This document shows positions 1 through 12,850 of a DNA stretch of 64,000 nucleotides, in pieces. The position numbers were made by a program, and so were the translations under genes. This DNA comes from Klebsormidium nitens (lineage: Eukaryota > Plantae > Klebsormidiophyceae). How positions within the stretch are numbered: position 1 is the first letter of the stretch; each line of letters begins with the position of its first letter. The notes under the pieces were generated by a model. The model had not been told where the DNA came from and searched no databases. It was given only the letters and a program-made list of their open reading frames with translations. The stretch spans positions 1-64,000 of the forward strand of contig DF237214.1 of assembly GCA_000708835.1 (NCBI GenBank). Direction: 5' to 3'.

Positions 1-16
1 GTCGACTCGATTAAAA

Positions 17-60
17 CCGATCAGGCTCGGGCTCGAAATGTCCGAACCGAGCCTGATCGG
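17..60. repeat. Perfect 14-bp inverted repeat (hairpin), possibly a transposon subterminal structure
   Basis: CCGATCAGGCTCGG (17-30) is the exact reverse complement of CCGAGCCTGATCGG (47-60), with a 16-nt loop. It lies at the window edge, so context is missing. Confidence 0.6.
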
Positions 61-855
61 GCTCAGTTTTGACGGGGAAATGCCAAGTGTGAATACTTTA
101 TGATCCGTACTCTCGAAATTCACGGGCCCCGTCATTACAGTGACTGCCCGCTCAGTCAAAGTGTACACGTTCATACCTACTTGCATTCTGGTTTCCTGGT
201 TGCATTCTGGCTCCGCGATCCATACTGAAGACATAGTAGGTAATACGGACCACGGTGCTACCTTTTTCAGCCCATAGCACATACGCTGTACGGTCGAGCG
301 CGAGGTAGGTAAACCAGAACATGGTAGCCGGGTACGGTAGCTTGCATAGGCATGAGTAAAGTGCTTGCGACGTAGCGTACGGTCAGACAGTCATTTCATT
401 CGTACCGGGTACCAGAGGAAAGGTACCTAGCAGCGATCAGCCAGTGCGGCAAGCTGGGCCGCTCAAAACTTCCAAAGGAACTACGGTACCTAGCTACGAG
501 TCAGCTCTTTGCAGCAAGCAGCCTGCAGGCTTCCAACGCGAAATGTCGGCAGCCACTTGGTCACTGCAAATACCTTTTGAGACCACGCTATTAGAGGCGA
601 GCCTGGACAGCCGGAGCGCCCTCACAGGATTGCGAAAGATCTCAACTTATGATGGTCAATGTTGATTGGGATTATTCATTGGACGTGGACGCCGCGTGGA
701 CGCATTATGAGAGCTTTGCTGTTATAGCTCTTAATCACGTCGGGCCAGGACGTCGAAGTGGTTGGCCCTTTACCCAATCCGTGAAGGGGTGAAGTGAAGC
801 AGAGAAGCAGTCATAGAGGTATTCAGTCTGGCTCTACGTATATATATATGATCCA

Positions 856-3800
856 ATGATCATGATTTTGATGTTCACTCCAGCTCGCTTGCTCTGTTGG
901 AGTGTGCAATTGATGTTGCTGCTAACTGCTGCTGATGCTAGAGTGTTCGACGTCAGCTCGGGCCTTATTCTTGATACTGTAAGCGGCCAGTCAATTCGGG
1001 CGGGCGTCATTTCGAGCACGGGCTCGGGTCTTGTCGCCTATTTGGGGAACTGGCAGCGCTCGTCACAGCAAGCAAAGGACAACCTGAAGCTGCCCCGTCG
1101 GAACCTGCTACAAGTTTCAGGTGGGTTTATTGCGCGGGCGTCGGTGGAACGTGCTATCTCCTCCTGCCTCAACTGATGCTGTCAAGGTGTGCCGCAGACC
1201 CTGAAAATCTCTGTAGCTTCATCAACCCAGTGCCTGCTACTATATTACAAAACCTTTCCTGCATGACTGCCTCATCTTGATCAAATGGGTGAATCAGAGA
1301 GCAGCTCAACGCTCATCTAGAAGTGAGGCTTAGTCTTCTTGGCACTGGTGCTGGTTTTCATCCTGTACATTTGATCGTGAGCCCATCGTGAGCATCCTGA
1401 ATAAACTGTCGCGTGGACAAAATCAGCAGAACAGATCTAATGGCTTGAGATACAGATAGAATGTGGGCATGTAGGATAGTTTTGCACAACAGCCACATAA
1501 GCAAAGGAGCATTGAAAAGAGACGGCTGTCAAGCTGAAAGGGTTCGCAGGCAGCCTTTTCAAAGACTCGAGTCCTTGAACATGTGGCTCTAATAGCTTCG
1601 CATATACATTGAATCTGGTTCAACTTTGCTCCGAGTTGACTGCTTCCTTATGACCTTGAGTTGCCTCCTTGGCAAGTGGGCTCACAAATTCGATGTCCCC
1701 ACTAATCAGCTTAAGCCAAGGCAATCCTTGCAAATAGCAGTTCAATTAGGCTAATCCTTGATATTGAAGACCGGCTCTGTTGTGCCGTCATTTGCTTCCA
1801 CTTTTTCAGTTCTGTCTGCTCTAAATTGGCAATAAATGGGAGTGCTGCGGCATCAAACTACTGAGGTTGATTTTAACCACAGCAGTTTGATGCCGCAGCA
1901 CGACTCCCATTTTGGGTTCTAAACAATTCCGACGTGCAAAGGTCATGTTTCTTAATATTCTAGGGTCGTTTGAGTCTTCGAAACTTTTGAGAACGGCATT
2001 TGTCAAGAACCACTGGAAAGTGCTCCGAAGCATTCTAGTGACATGTCAGCACCAGCAATAGTACGTAGCGACAAGCAACAGAAGACCGCAGTTTTCTGGT
2101 ACTTTTATATTCCAATGAGGTGCTGCAGTCTACAGTTGGGCAACAATGCTCGTCTAACAAGCAGTGATGTCACATCTTATACTTCCAATCAAGATGCATC
2201 TGAGTCTAACCTTGTCCGTAAATCCTTCAAGTCAATGCCAGTATTTCCATTTTTGTACTTAGAGGCTCGTTCTGGTAAGGACTTGGTTTAAAAAGATTTT
2301 GCTACTACCGGCGCTCTGAGTCAAGCGTTCTTTGCACTCCAAAAGTCACGTCTGACAGCAGACTCGGTTGCCCTTGTGAGTGCAGGTGGCACCTCAGGGT
2401 CATGTCACATTGTAGCCATCTATTGAAGCATACTGCACACAATCTCCACCAACGTCTGCAGCACCTCCCAGTTTGGAAGTACCGAGGTCTTCGTGGCCTG
2501 CTGCGAGGATTTGTGCTCCACCAGCACTTCCGGCACGATCTGCACCTGCATAGGCTACACCGATTCCGCTGTAACCTGCACGGGTACCTCTTCGCTAGCC
2601 GGCTGCTGCTCTGCTGCTGGGGGGGGAGCATTGACAGGCAACTCCGTGCAAAACAACCCTTCTCCAGTTGTCACTTCGCAAACAGTGCCCTCCCCTACCT
2701 CAACGCAATCGCCCACCGCAACTCCCATACTCACATTCGCCCCGAATGTTGTGCCACCCCCCCCCGCCCCGATGGAAGCTCAAACCCCAGCGCCGACTCC
2801 AACACTTGGCAGAAGTGTTGCCCCTTCCAACGTATCAGTACCACCCATGGCCCCCATTTCAGCTGCTATCAATACACCGGGCCAAACCACTTTTTCCACT
2901 CGTTCGAGCTCAACCTCGTCACCTGCTAGCTCCGGTGAGATGAGCACTGACTATCATCAAGGGATTTGGATGGCAGTGCAAATTTTGGGTGGAAGAGTGT
3001 AATGTGTTATGGAAAATTTTAGCCAGCTGAGTGCATGATCGAGAAGAATTCTCATCAAGTTCTGGATGAGCTTATCATGGGGGCATCGGGCAAAGAGTGG
3101 ATTTAAGGTTTTTAGATGGTCCAGCCTTAAATTGGAAAGTCTGATCCGCCGAAGTGCAGATAGCAACTTGTAATTGTCAGAATTGACGCGGCTGACTCAC
3201 ATCCTGGGCAGGCGTAACGAAGCAGGCGCGTTCCGCGATTGGTTGACAAATTCTTAGAACCATACGATCAGGATTCTCAGATTGCCAGTGTCAATTCAGC
3301 CATTGTGGTGTTCTACCTTGAGTGTACTTGTTTGTGGGCGGACGTGCTGCTCAACCAATACGACTAATGTCGAAAACTCGGTCCCCGATCCTGTCGAAAC
3401 ACCGTGACCTTTACTAGAATTCATTTCAATGTTCAGCACCCACAGGATAATTAAAAGCCTCTCTAGCTAGTATGGCCAATGATGCACTTCCAACTTGCTC
3501 TTGGGCCCCAGCTTTCGTCTAGCTTAGCAGCATCAGTTGGTTGATCTTCGTAGCGTGCTTAATCTTGTCCTGCTCGTAGCTAGGTTCGATCAAGAGTTTA
3601 CAACCTTTGCTCCGATCCTGAAATGCTCAAAAAGCCAACAAGTACGCCTGGGCTCATGTGCGTTGTGACATTGACACAGGCTTTCAAAAATGACTTTCAA
3701 TTCAAGGTACACTGCCTTCACCGGTTGTCTTACGCAGGTAATAGTGGTGACCTGGCCCTAAAGGTCGGCTTTGGAGTTGCCTCCTCCTTGTTTGCGGGTT

Positions 3801-4243
3801 TGGTTGCGGCAGCCACCTGGGCAAGCTTTGCCTACCGCTACCGATCCCGAAAGCAGGTGATTATCCGAGCCGCAATTATGGCTTGCACCGACCGGGATGA
3901 AGACCCCACTCTACCAAACCCGCAGCATTACCTGGTAGAGGACCGTCGACGTGATTTGAGAAACCTGTTGAAACAAGTCATGGGAGAATGGGACTCACGA
4001 TTAGGGTGTTCCCCTAGATTGTCGTTTCCTGTGGGAGCGGAGCTGGGGATCTGGAGGCGGGAGTTCTATGGAAGGGAGAGCGTGATACTTGTGGAGGCCC
4101 TTCAACACGTGGACGCGGGTTTTTGCTCAACCGATGGGTATGACGGACTCTTGGATAGATGGAGGAAAGAGCCGACGATTCCTGCTCGCAGCTTCATCGC
4201 ATCAAGGGTTTGCAACTACGTAGAACGAAGAGATAAAACGTAA
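856..4243 (+). CDS. Putative multi-exon single-pass (type I) membrane protein: signal peptide, Cys-rich segment, Ser/Thr/Pro stalk, TM helix, ~140-aa non-kinase cytoplasmic tail
   Basis: Exon 856-1120 has a hydrophobic leader (..LMLLLTAADA|RV) and a CAG|GTGGGT donor. The exon ending at 2934 (TCCG|GTGAGA, phase 1) encodes CCEDLC..CTC..C..CC and then an S/T/P stalk. It joins in phase to exon 3738-4243 (TACGCAG|GT), which encodes VGFGVASSLFAGLVAAATWASFAY followed by RYRSRK. Internal exons between 1121 and ~2460 are not resolved. Confidence 0.6.
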
Positions 4244-5905
4244 ACGGGGACCGTTCTGCGACCGTTTTTCGTAAAACTCTGGTTTCATAGGGCAACCGGT
4301 GACACCAAAATGGTCGGGCAAGGGTTCCTTAGAGTCCCCGTTGAGAGCGTCTAGCTAATTTTCTGATTTGGTACCAGTTGCCTATATTTAGCTTTGAAGG
4401 GGGAGCCAACTTAACTATGTGCAGAAGTGTTGATGTCGCAAATCAGGTGATATCAACATAGGATACTCTATCGACTTGGGCCTGCAAAACGACAAGCAAT
4501 CGAATGGTGCGAGACCGAGGGTCCACGCAAGTGCAGGTCGGTCTTCACTGGCGCCTCTATACACTCTCGCCAAGCTAGTTTGAACATGCTCCACTGAGTT
4601 CCAATATCGAACCTTTACAAACGTCTCTGTAGAGCATTTAGAGGCATCGATCACTGTAGGACTCGGACGGTCTAGGCAAAGGCATTTTTCTTCACGAAGG
4701 TACCCACGTAGAAAGCTGAATGCAGAATTCATCCGACCACGTCATCAAACAGCTCGGCAGGCTATCAGTGCAGAGGCTCCGCTCTGGCGGTCCCTGCGAG
4801 CTAAGGCCACGTGCTTTTTTAGGCGACCGCCAAAACGGAGCCTCGGTTACTCAATCGGTTGAAAGGACTGCCTGGTTCTACGACGCCCTTTGGGTGGGGG
4901 CGGCCATTGTCTAGAATCAGTTCTCGCGATGTCATGTTGACAAGGGATGGATTTATCGAAGAAACGAACGGCCCGTAAAAGATTCTCTCGCGGTGCATGA
5001 TGTTGGACCAGCCTAATATATAATTGGCCCGCTCAGCTCATCTTGACGTTCTGATGCATGGTAGGCATGCCTTCGATACTGAAGCAATCAAATTCAAACA
5101 TGCATGGTGGGCCGGACCTTCAATGCCAGCTGTACGGTGGTGTCGTCATGCAAATCTAGTGTGCATTGACTTGGTAGCTCGTTGCAGCGCGCCCGCGGCA
5201 CGAGCAGGCCCTGTCGGAATGATCGACGGTTTAGCTCTTTTCAAAATGCCGCGTAGCCCGGCCAATACACATGGGCCATAGGCGCTTCCGAGTTCAACCT
5301 ATATGCAGATCAACGCGCATACTTTTGTTGTTTCGGAACGCCTAGCTATAAATCACGGTATATCAAATCTAGCTTGCCGCATGGCAGTGATCGGATCCGT
5401 CTGCTTTTGTAGATGAGCGCATCATCATTGCTTGTCAATTGCTTATATTTTGATTAGAAGCTAGAAGCACCAAAGATGTTGACATACTAAAAGATTGAAA
5501 GCCTTTTGCGCAAAATCCACTTTGGCTTACAAAGCTTTCATCAACATTTTTAAGCTACTTATCTCTGAGTCATTTTCTTCCCTTAACCATTGTCGTATCT
5601 CAATCAGGTCCGCTCTTCTTCGAGACCCCCTCTGCCACCTTATGACGAGAATGAACTTCATGACTTGATCACCAAAATTTCAAATTTCACACTATCAGTT
5701 CCATACTTGCACGCCGGTCAGCCGGCGATCGGTCGCTTGTCAGGACCGGTGGCTTCGGGACTAGAACCGCCCCCGAACTCGAAAATCTTGCTCCCACGTG
5801 GGCAGCACCACTAGTCCTTACATTCTTGCACACTTAATGGCGAGATCCTCGATCTGAGGATTCGGACACGAGCCTTTCGTTCTGCATCCGGAAGCGGAAC
5901 GTCCT

Positions 5906-6178
5906 TAAGACTGGTGCGGCTGACTTCGGATGTTTTCGAGTTTGAAGGGCAAACTCGTAACTTAATCTCGGACTGTCTGATCCAGTCTGCGGCCGCAGGC
6001 CGCATAAGCGCGTATGTAAAATGTGTTGCGCGCGGCTTGTCTTCTGATGGTACTTGAAATGCGACGTCGGAATCGACGCGCTCGAGCAGCCGCAGACTGG
6101 GTTAGCTGAGTCTGAAAGAAAATTTCGGGTTTGCCCGTCCGAAACTAAGAACGTCCGAAATTAGCCGCATCAGTCTTA
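5906..6178. mobile_element. ~270-bp MITE-like element with long imperfect TIRs and TA target-site duplication
   Basis: The left end TA|AGACTGGTGCGGCTGACTTCGGATGTT matches the reverse complement of the right end AACGTCCGAAATTAGCCGCATCAGTCT|TA. Imperfect complementarity continues inward ~90 bp (..GGGCAAACTCG..CCAGTCTGCGGC versus GCCGCAGACTGG..CGGGTTTGCCC). No coding capacity. Confidence 0.7.
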
Positions 6179-6761
6179 CGTCTGCCGTCGACGTCGTTTT
6201 GGACACTGGCAGGGCTCCCGGATAACAGACGCGCCCACATGTGGTGTGGTCCTCCCGCACGATCGGCGAGGTGCCGCAGTTATGGTGCTGAAGGGAGCCG
6301 TATAAACTGTGAGGGGGGTGGATATGGTGGCTTCCTGCGCAACGATGACGTCACCTTTTCGTCAGCGGGGATACTTTTCCGAGAGCACGGGGAGACAAGA
6401 TTGCTTTGTTTGCGCAGACCAGTAGGCCGGACCACCGAAACCGAAGACAGAGATTAAATTAAGCGCCATCTTAAAACAACGGAAGTCCGATTGACCCGTG
6501 CTGCAGGGGCAGGTAGGCGGGGAAGATGCCGCAAACGGGAGAGTAACGCATCAGCAAACGGAACCGTTCTCGAATCTGCTGTTGTGACGGAGTCCAACTC
6601 CAAAAACTCGTACTAAAGGAGGGTTCCAGTTCTCGTCAAGCTTAGCTTGAAAGCATCCTTTCAGATTTCGAGCATCTAGCAGGAAGAGAGAAATAACATC
6701 TAAGCGCTGCACCCACCGAGTCCACCATTGCTGACAGTTGCATAAGCGGCGCAGCAGATGG

Positions 6762-9700
6762 TCACCGCTTCTTGCCTGCAATAGCGCACAGAGATGTGTT
6801 CAACCAGCCAGTATCTGAGACGTCCTTTCTAACGAGGATCCGGTTTGCCGGGGCGACGACATGAGCGGCCTTTGGTGGGTCTGCAATGACGTCACTGATG
6901 ACGCTAAGGGCCTCCAAACGATGCAGCTCGCGCGTCCCTCCAGGTCCTCAGACTTCAAAAACCAGGTGGTTGCCGTTGCTTTTTATTGGACCGACTCCCG
7001 CGAATTACACACACACGCTTTCGATATTACGACTTGGCCAAGCCAACAGTCCGAGTACGACGTGATTGCAAAGGATCCAGTTTGCGAGCTTGAATTGCGT
7101 GCAGGCTTTACGCGATTTGGCACATACTTGACGAGAGCATCTGAGCCGGCCGACCCGAAGACAGCGGTATAACCCACTGCCAGGACATCCCTCGGTTTGC
7201 TGGTGCACTCTGACGAGTAACACGGGCCGCAATCATTTCACAGCTTCTGAATCCAATCATAGAACAACCAAGGCACGAGTCCCGAGACGATGAAACATGT
7301 CGCAGTCACGTTCTGACAACTTATGATTTGACAAGGGCGGGACGGTCCAGTCTTGAAAGGGAAAAAGTGCCGCCCGCTCGCGCACAGAATCTCGGGCTCG
7401 AAGTAGTCTGCACTCACCCTTTGTGCTCTTCGGGTTGTCTCCCTTCCCCTTGATGTGCCCGCACTCCTCTAGGATGGCCCGCGCGACGTTGTTGATGTGC
7501 TGCTCGCACCAAAGAGGGCATGTCTCAACGTTAGCGAAGTCTTTGCTGGCCTTTATCTCTGCTGACATCGTTTTGCTGACGTTATTTATGGCGACCACTT
7601 TAGCAAAGCTACACACTCACAACTCGCTGAACGAATTGCTGGCGTGGAAGCCGGCAGTCAAAAATCCGCGACTCATATCTTGTTGAGAATGTCCTGCCGC
7701 CATAGTGGACCGTTCGGCGTTCCTCGGAAGTATGGCGCCCCCTGGACCTGTCATGACTGTCGGTATCCTAGACCTCAGTACATTCTTACAAGAAGCACAG
7801 ATCACGCTACCTTCGCGACTCCCTTGTCAAACATCCTGAACCGCTTAACTCGAACTTCACCCCAACGAAAAGAGATCTTTGCTTGAACACCGCACTGCCT
7901 TTCTTTTTGTTTGAAGTCTCTTGGGGCATGTCTGACAGAGGGCGCCTGTGAACAAGGACTTCGTGCTATCAACGTCGCAAAAGTGGCGACGTGTCAAAAC
8001 GAAAGGGCTCACCTTGAATCGGTCAGGGCCCAGGAGCGTCCCTCCGAACCACCGTGAGACGACAACCATCTGGAAAGAATAAGCGCCCAATGAAGTGAGC
8101 GCGCAAAGTTGACCGAACTTTAGGCACATACAGTAAGATTTCTGGCGGACGAACGGCGGGCACAGCACGACAGCAGTCGTGTATCGTACGAGCTAGGAAA
8201 GGCCTTGCCGTCTGACGAAGTGGTTCGTTCGAGTTCGAATGTGCCCTTAGGCAGGGATACTTGTGGCCTCGCAACTGTGACGTCAAACCGCAAGGCAGCA
8301 AATCAGGTCCATCGTTTCCTCCAAGGTCGCTCAACGAAAGCCTGACCACACTACGGGGATCCAAACGCTTCACCGCTCGAAATGGCAAAAGCGACCAGAG
8401 CATGTTGCCATCTTTCTGCGGGGGAACCGGCCGTCAGCGGAAAGGGCGACACGTGTCAGAAGCGCCACGCACCACGTTGCGAGCGTCGACGATCTGGAGC
8501 AGGTGCAGCAGCCGGCCCCCCGCGGCCGCCTCTCCGTCGTCGTCACAGTCTTGCAGAAACTGCACAGGACCAACTTGATGCTCTTCAGGTTTCAGGCTTC
8601 AGTGTCTGCAAAGTAATGTGAGTATATGGCACGGAAGACTTCGCACAGGATATCGGTCTCCAGTCCGTATTCCCCGCGTTCTAGACGCAGTGACCGTCCT
8701 ATCGTCCGCAACACGGACTATGGTGGACAATCAGGTTCGATTGAAAAGCAGAAGCAAGCTCTAAGTAAGGTTAAGGCCGCCGACGGCAAGGGTTCTCGCG
8801 AGGGTCAGCTTGGGCCTTAAAGCACCAGTCGGTTCAACATCTGAAAGGACTGTCCTACAGGTTCGCGCTTGGAAGAGTGCAGCGACCGGCATGCCACAAT
8901 TCAGCAGTTCTTCGTTTCTGTGAGCGCTGTTCTAGCTAATCAAGATCGCCGAACTTCGGAACGCGACAACGCTGAAGGAACAAAGACCGACAAAAGTTAT
9001 GATCATCACTACTGTCAGCCTGTGCAGTAATGAACGGCCGCCTAATGGTTGCCGGGGTCAGAGCGGACCGGCTCCTTGCGAAGCTCGGAACGTCAGAAAG
9101 AAGGTCTATTTCAAGAAGAGTTCACAGAATACTGTCACCGGACTGAGCCAATCCGAGGGTTTCGGATGGGTACAGGTGTAGAACACTTATGATTTCGACT
9201 TTGGGTTTTGAACTTGACCGGAGGCTTCCTATTTTTCCCAAGCTTCAAATCATCTTTCTTCAAACCCGTCCACGGGAGCCCACTCACGCTGGAGCTTTGG
9301 TCCTGGTGTATCCGGAACGCCATGATGTTGTGCGTCGCGCCGGCGATCTTGCGGTTCGCCAGCAGCGCCTGCATTGCCCGCTCGACGTCCTCTGAGGAGT
9401 GAACCTCCGCCAGGTGCGCCTGAAATGTGCCTGGGAAATCAGAGTATAGCGGCCTGGGTCACAAGTGACGTCAGCAGTTTGACGTCAGCAGGACGGAAGG
9501 TGCCTGGGACTTGGAGGAAGGGACTTGGAGGAATTCACACCTTGTCAGAGACGGCGGCAGCACGACAGGGAGGAAGCATGAGAGAGCGAACGGAACAGAA
9601 ACGTGCTTTGGCTGGCCAGGCAAGATCAATGAAACAGGGGTTCGACTCCTTCGACAGCATTAAAGGCCGACATACCAATAGCTGCGGAATGGAAAGAGGC

Positions 9701-12367
9701 AAAGGCTTGAGGGATCGTTATCAGGATTTTGAAGCAGACTGCCGGGTCCGAGAAGGTTGAAGAAGCGCAATCTATGTCGCATACATACTCCGAGAAAACC
9801 ATTTCAATCTGGCGTTCTCGTACAAAGTAAGCAGCCCAAATGCCAAGGGCTTGACGAGTGCAAAGACAAGCAAGCCTTGAACGCATGGCCCAATCAAACC
9901 ACAATCATCTTTGTTGAAACAAGATATTCTTGAAAGTCGCCAGGTATAATCCCTCAAAGTCGCAAACTCACTTTTCCTGTCCACAAACGGTGACCCGTGT
10001 ACGATCCCCAGCTTCGTTTCCATCTCCCGCCCCGCGGCTTCCTCTGCCTCCGTTCTAGTTGCCAGCTGGCGCGCGCGGTTGCCAATCTCCTGCCGTAGAC
10101 TCTCTTCCTCGAGGCCCCGCGCGAGCTCCCGGTCGGAAATGTCCCGCGCCTCGTTGCGCCGCTGTTTGTGCCAGCTGTCGGCAGCCTCCCAGAGGGAGTC
10201 CTGTTCCTGCACGATAACCAGCCCTCCGTCAAAATGTATGTTTCCCCAACTGAGAATAATGCGCAAACTAGGTGGTAACTGGAGGAACGTGGGCGCAAAC
10301 AGGTGCCAGTCTGCGGCCTGCCAGTTGTGATCTGTACTTGCAAGGAAGCAGCTTGCTATTATCAGTATCGGAGTACTTTCTTAAATCGAAATTTGAGGGA
10401 GGGTATGACAATTGTGAAGGCGAGGAGGTGGCAGCTGTCAGAGGCTCTGGTAAGAGGGCCTTATTATTGCAACAAATTGTTGCTTCCAAAGACCAAAACT
10501 CATGCCCTGGAGCCTTTTCAGCGCCCACTAAAGCTGACGGCGCTTTTGCAGCTTTTACAACCGAAATGGTTGTAGTGAATCGGGCAGATTATCGGTTCTG
10601 CTTTAAGGTATGAGTACACGCACGCTTACAGAAAGCAAAGGAGACGAAAGGAAAGGCTAACGGCAGCCTCTAATTCAAAAGTGCACGTCGAAAAAGTTGG
10701 GACACCCTTACGCCCTTGACCTCCAGCAAAGCGCCTACAGTCCTGCCTGCTATTTCCTTACTTCGGAGAGACGCCCAGAATGACAATCTCAGCGTACGGG
10801 CTCATTCGAACCAGGGTTGACGAGGAGGAATTGGCACCTATAAACGAACGTTTGGCTGGCACTTCTATACTATGTTGAATTTTCCAATTTCGGGGTGTAC
10901 TTTCATTGCAAACCGTCAGTCGGTGGCCACTGTCCCGACTCCCCCCACGCTTTGTAACGTGACGATCATGAACTCTTGTTGTGACGAACTCATGTTATAA
11001 CAGATTACGTCAGATATTGTCTCGCCTCGCTTACCTTGATCCACTCTGTCCATCTGAACAGCACTGGTTCTCCTGGGTCTTCTGAATACACCGCAGCCAT
11101 CCCCTGCCACACGCGCTCCCTCGTTTCTGGCGTGAGCCACGGCGCCTCGAGCTCCGCGACGGGGGGGCTGCAAGAGGGGTAGTCCTCTGGCAGGTGGACT
11201 TGTAGGAGCAGGCTGGCGTCGGAGGCCTCCAGAGGATTTATGCGGATCTGGAGCGGCGGGTTCCTTGGTCAACTTGTTGCTTTAGGATATTGTGTGCGAC
11301 TACGAGAGTCCCTCCAGACTTGACGTGTGTGAGTGAGGTTTACATAGTGGGTCTGTCTTCACATAGAGTATTACACGCCACAAGAGGATTCAGCTGATAT
11401 GCGTGACGGTAAGCGATTGTTTCGCCGGGTGGGCATGCAGTCAACTACTTGGAAGACTTCTTAGTTACAGATTTCTTAGTTTCTCTGAGCAGGAGTACGG
11501 CAAGTCCCGCTGACAGCAATGGCACATCGACCATGTCCAGAACACCTTGTACACGTTTGAGACATTCATGCAGCCCACCAAGCCTTAAAGGCTCCCACCA
11601 TGGCAAAGAACCTTCAGAACATTTAATGAAGAGTTGCACGGTGGCCCTTTGAAGGGTAACTAGTAGCGGAGGGCTTTCCACGAGCTTTTGCAATCAAGTG
11701 TTTCATGATGTGCCCATTCGATGTGCTAGCAGCTAAGTAAAACGCACTTGAGGTAACCACTTGATCTGGCTCAGATCATTACTGTGGTGACTGAATGTTC
11801 CCAAGACTAATGTTATGGGCATTTGATGTGACCATTTTTTCTTACCTTTTTCTACCACTGGTCTGTCAAATGCATAGCTTTGATCAGACTACTGTCCCCC
11901 ATTGATGTGACCACATGATGTGCCCCATTCTCCACTTTCAGCTGATGTCCTACTCACTTTACCTATTAGGTATCTCCATTTCCCATTTCAGGACATACAG
12001 TGGTGGGGCTTCACTCAAGAGAGACAGCTGGACGCCATTTTGAGAAACAAGCGCCAGGATTGAAAAGGAGGTGTTACTTGTACTGGTTGATCAAAGAATC
12101 GACAGTTATACTTACGGCATTACAAAGCAAAGTACTACTTTCGCCACGATCAACTTGTTGTCTTTAAGCACCGACGTATCTTTTTCTCATCTTCAAAAAG
12201 ATGACAGTCTATCTCAACTTTATCGCCAGGAAAGGAGTGTCACCCACCTCACAGCTGTCGCCCGCTGTCGCAACGCTGCACTGCTCCCCATAGATAGACT
12301 GCAAAACCTCCAGCTCCTCAATCTGGGCAGTGCGATCCTCAGCAGAAACTTCCAGGAGTTGTGGCAT
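6762..12367 (-). CDS. IMPACT: IMPACT family protein (N-terminal RWD domain plus UPF0029/Ancient domain), ~316 aa, 8 exons
   Basis: Exons 12367-12248, 11247-11035, 10206-9972, 9430-9288, 8559-8473, 8069-8013, 7499-7418 and 6775-6762 are all GT-AG, phase-compatible and total 951 nt. Motifs: QIEELEVLQSIYG; LPEDYPS..PP..EAPWL (RWD); HGSPFVDRKSTFQAH; KIAGATHNIMAFRI; QDCDDDGEAAAGGRLLHLL; VVVSRWFGGTLLGPDRFKHINNVAR. Confidence 0.93.
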
Positions 12368-12754
12368 TATGTACAGGAAATGATCTGCCAGGCTCGATGG
12401 GGGTCAGGCTCTAGCCTGCTTGCAAACAAGATTACTAAGGTCTTTGCAAACCCACATGGGGATGTAAATTCGTTCCGTACTATTGGATAGAAAGGCATGG
12501 AGTCATATAGCTTCTCAAGGGGCCCAACTTTCCATCATTCATTGGTGAGATGGAAATCCTGAAAATGATCACGAGAAGGGAGCTCGCCACGAGGCAACCA
12601 TTCTGCCAAGGAAGTGCATTGAACAACGCACCTTTGTAGCCTGCCATTGCCAATGCCAGTGCAACGCTTGCAATAGATACTTCAATGCTAGATCTCTAAC
12701 AGTCGTATCTACATAATGTACTTGACGTCACCTAGTGACATCCATTTCAGAAGT

Positions 12755-12850
12755 GCGGGTGTAGCGCAGTGGTAGCGTATTTGCCTTCCATGACGTCAGC
12801 ATGACATCGCATGGAGCAAACTGTCACGGGTTCGATCCCCGTCACCCGCT
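12755..12850 (+). tRNA. trnG-UCC: tRNA-Gly(UCC) with a 24-nt intron at canonical position 37/38 (12791-12814)
   Basis: Acceptor stem GCGGGTG/CACCCGC, D arm GCGC-AGTGGTA-GCGT, anticodon stem TTTGC/GCAAA with CT-TCC-A^A, T arm ACGGG-TTCGATC-CCCGT, discriminator T. A box TAGCGCAGTGG and B box GGTTCGATCCC are present. The intron 3' end (CATGG plus the next A) can pair with TCCATG. Confidence 0.9.

Noticed and set aside
230-520. GGTAC/TACGGT-rich stretch resembling transposon subterminal repeats
   Set aside because: No defined unit or terminus is visible, and the window edge prevents assessment.
6500-8400. Apparent hAT transposase fragments (CEQHINNV resembling CxxH, LDARNLK resembling LDPRxK, FSSAG)
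   Set aside because: HINNVAR is the conserved C-terminal motif of IMPACT and sits in a clean spliced exon. The other matches are short, on inconsistent strands or in UTR/intron.
12367-12755. Functional link between IMPACT (GCN2 pathway regulator) and the divergent tRNA gene ~390 bp away
   Set aside because: Thematically suggestive, but tRNA genes are dispersed and nothing in the sequence supports co-regulation.
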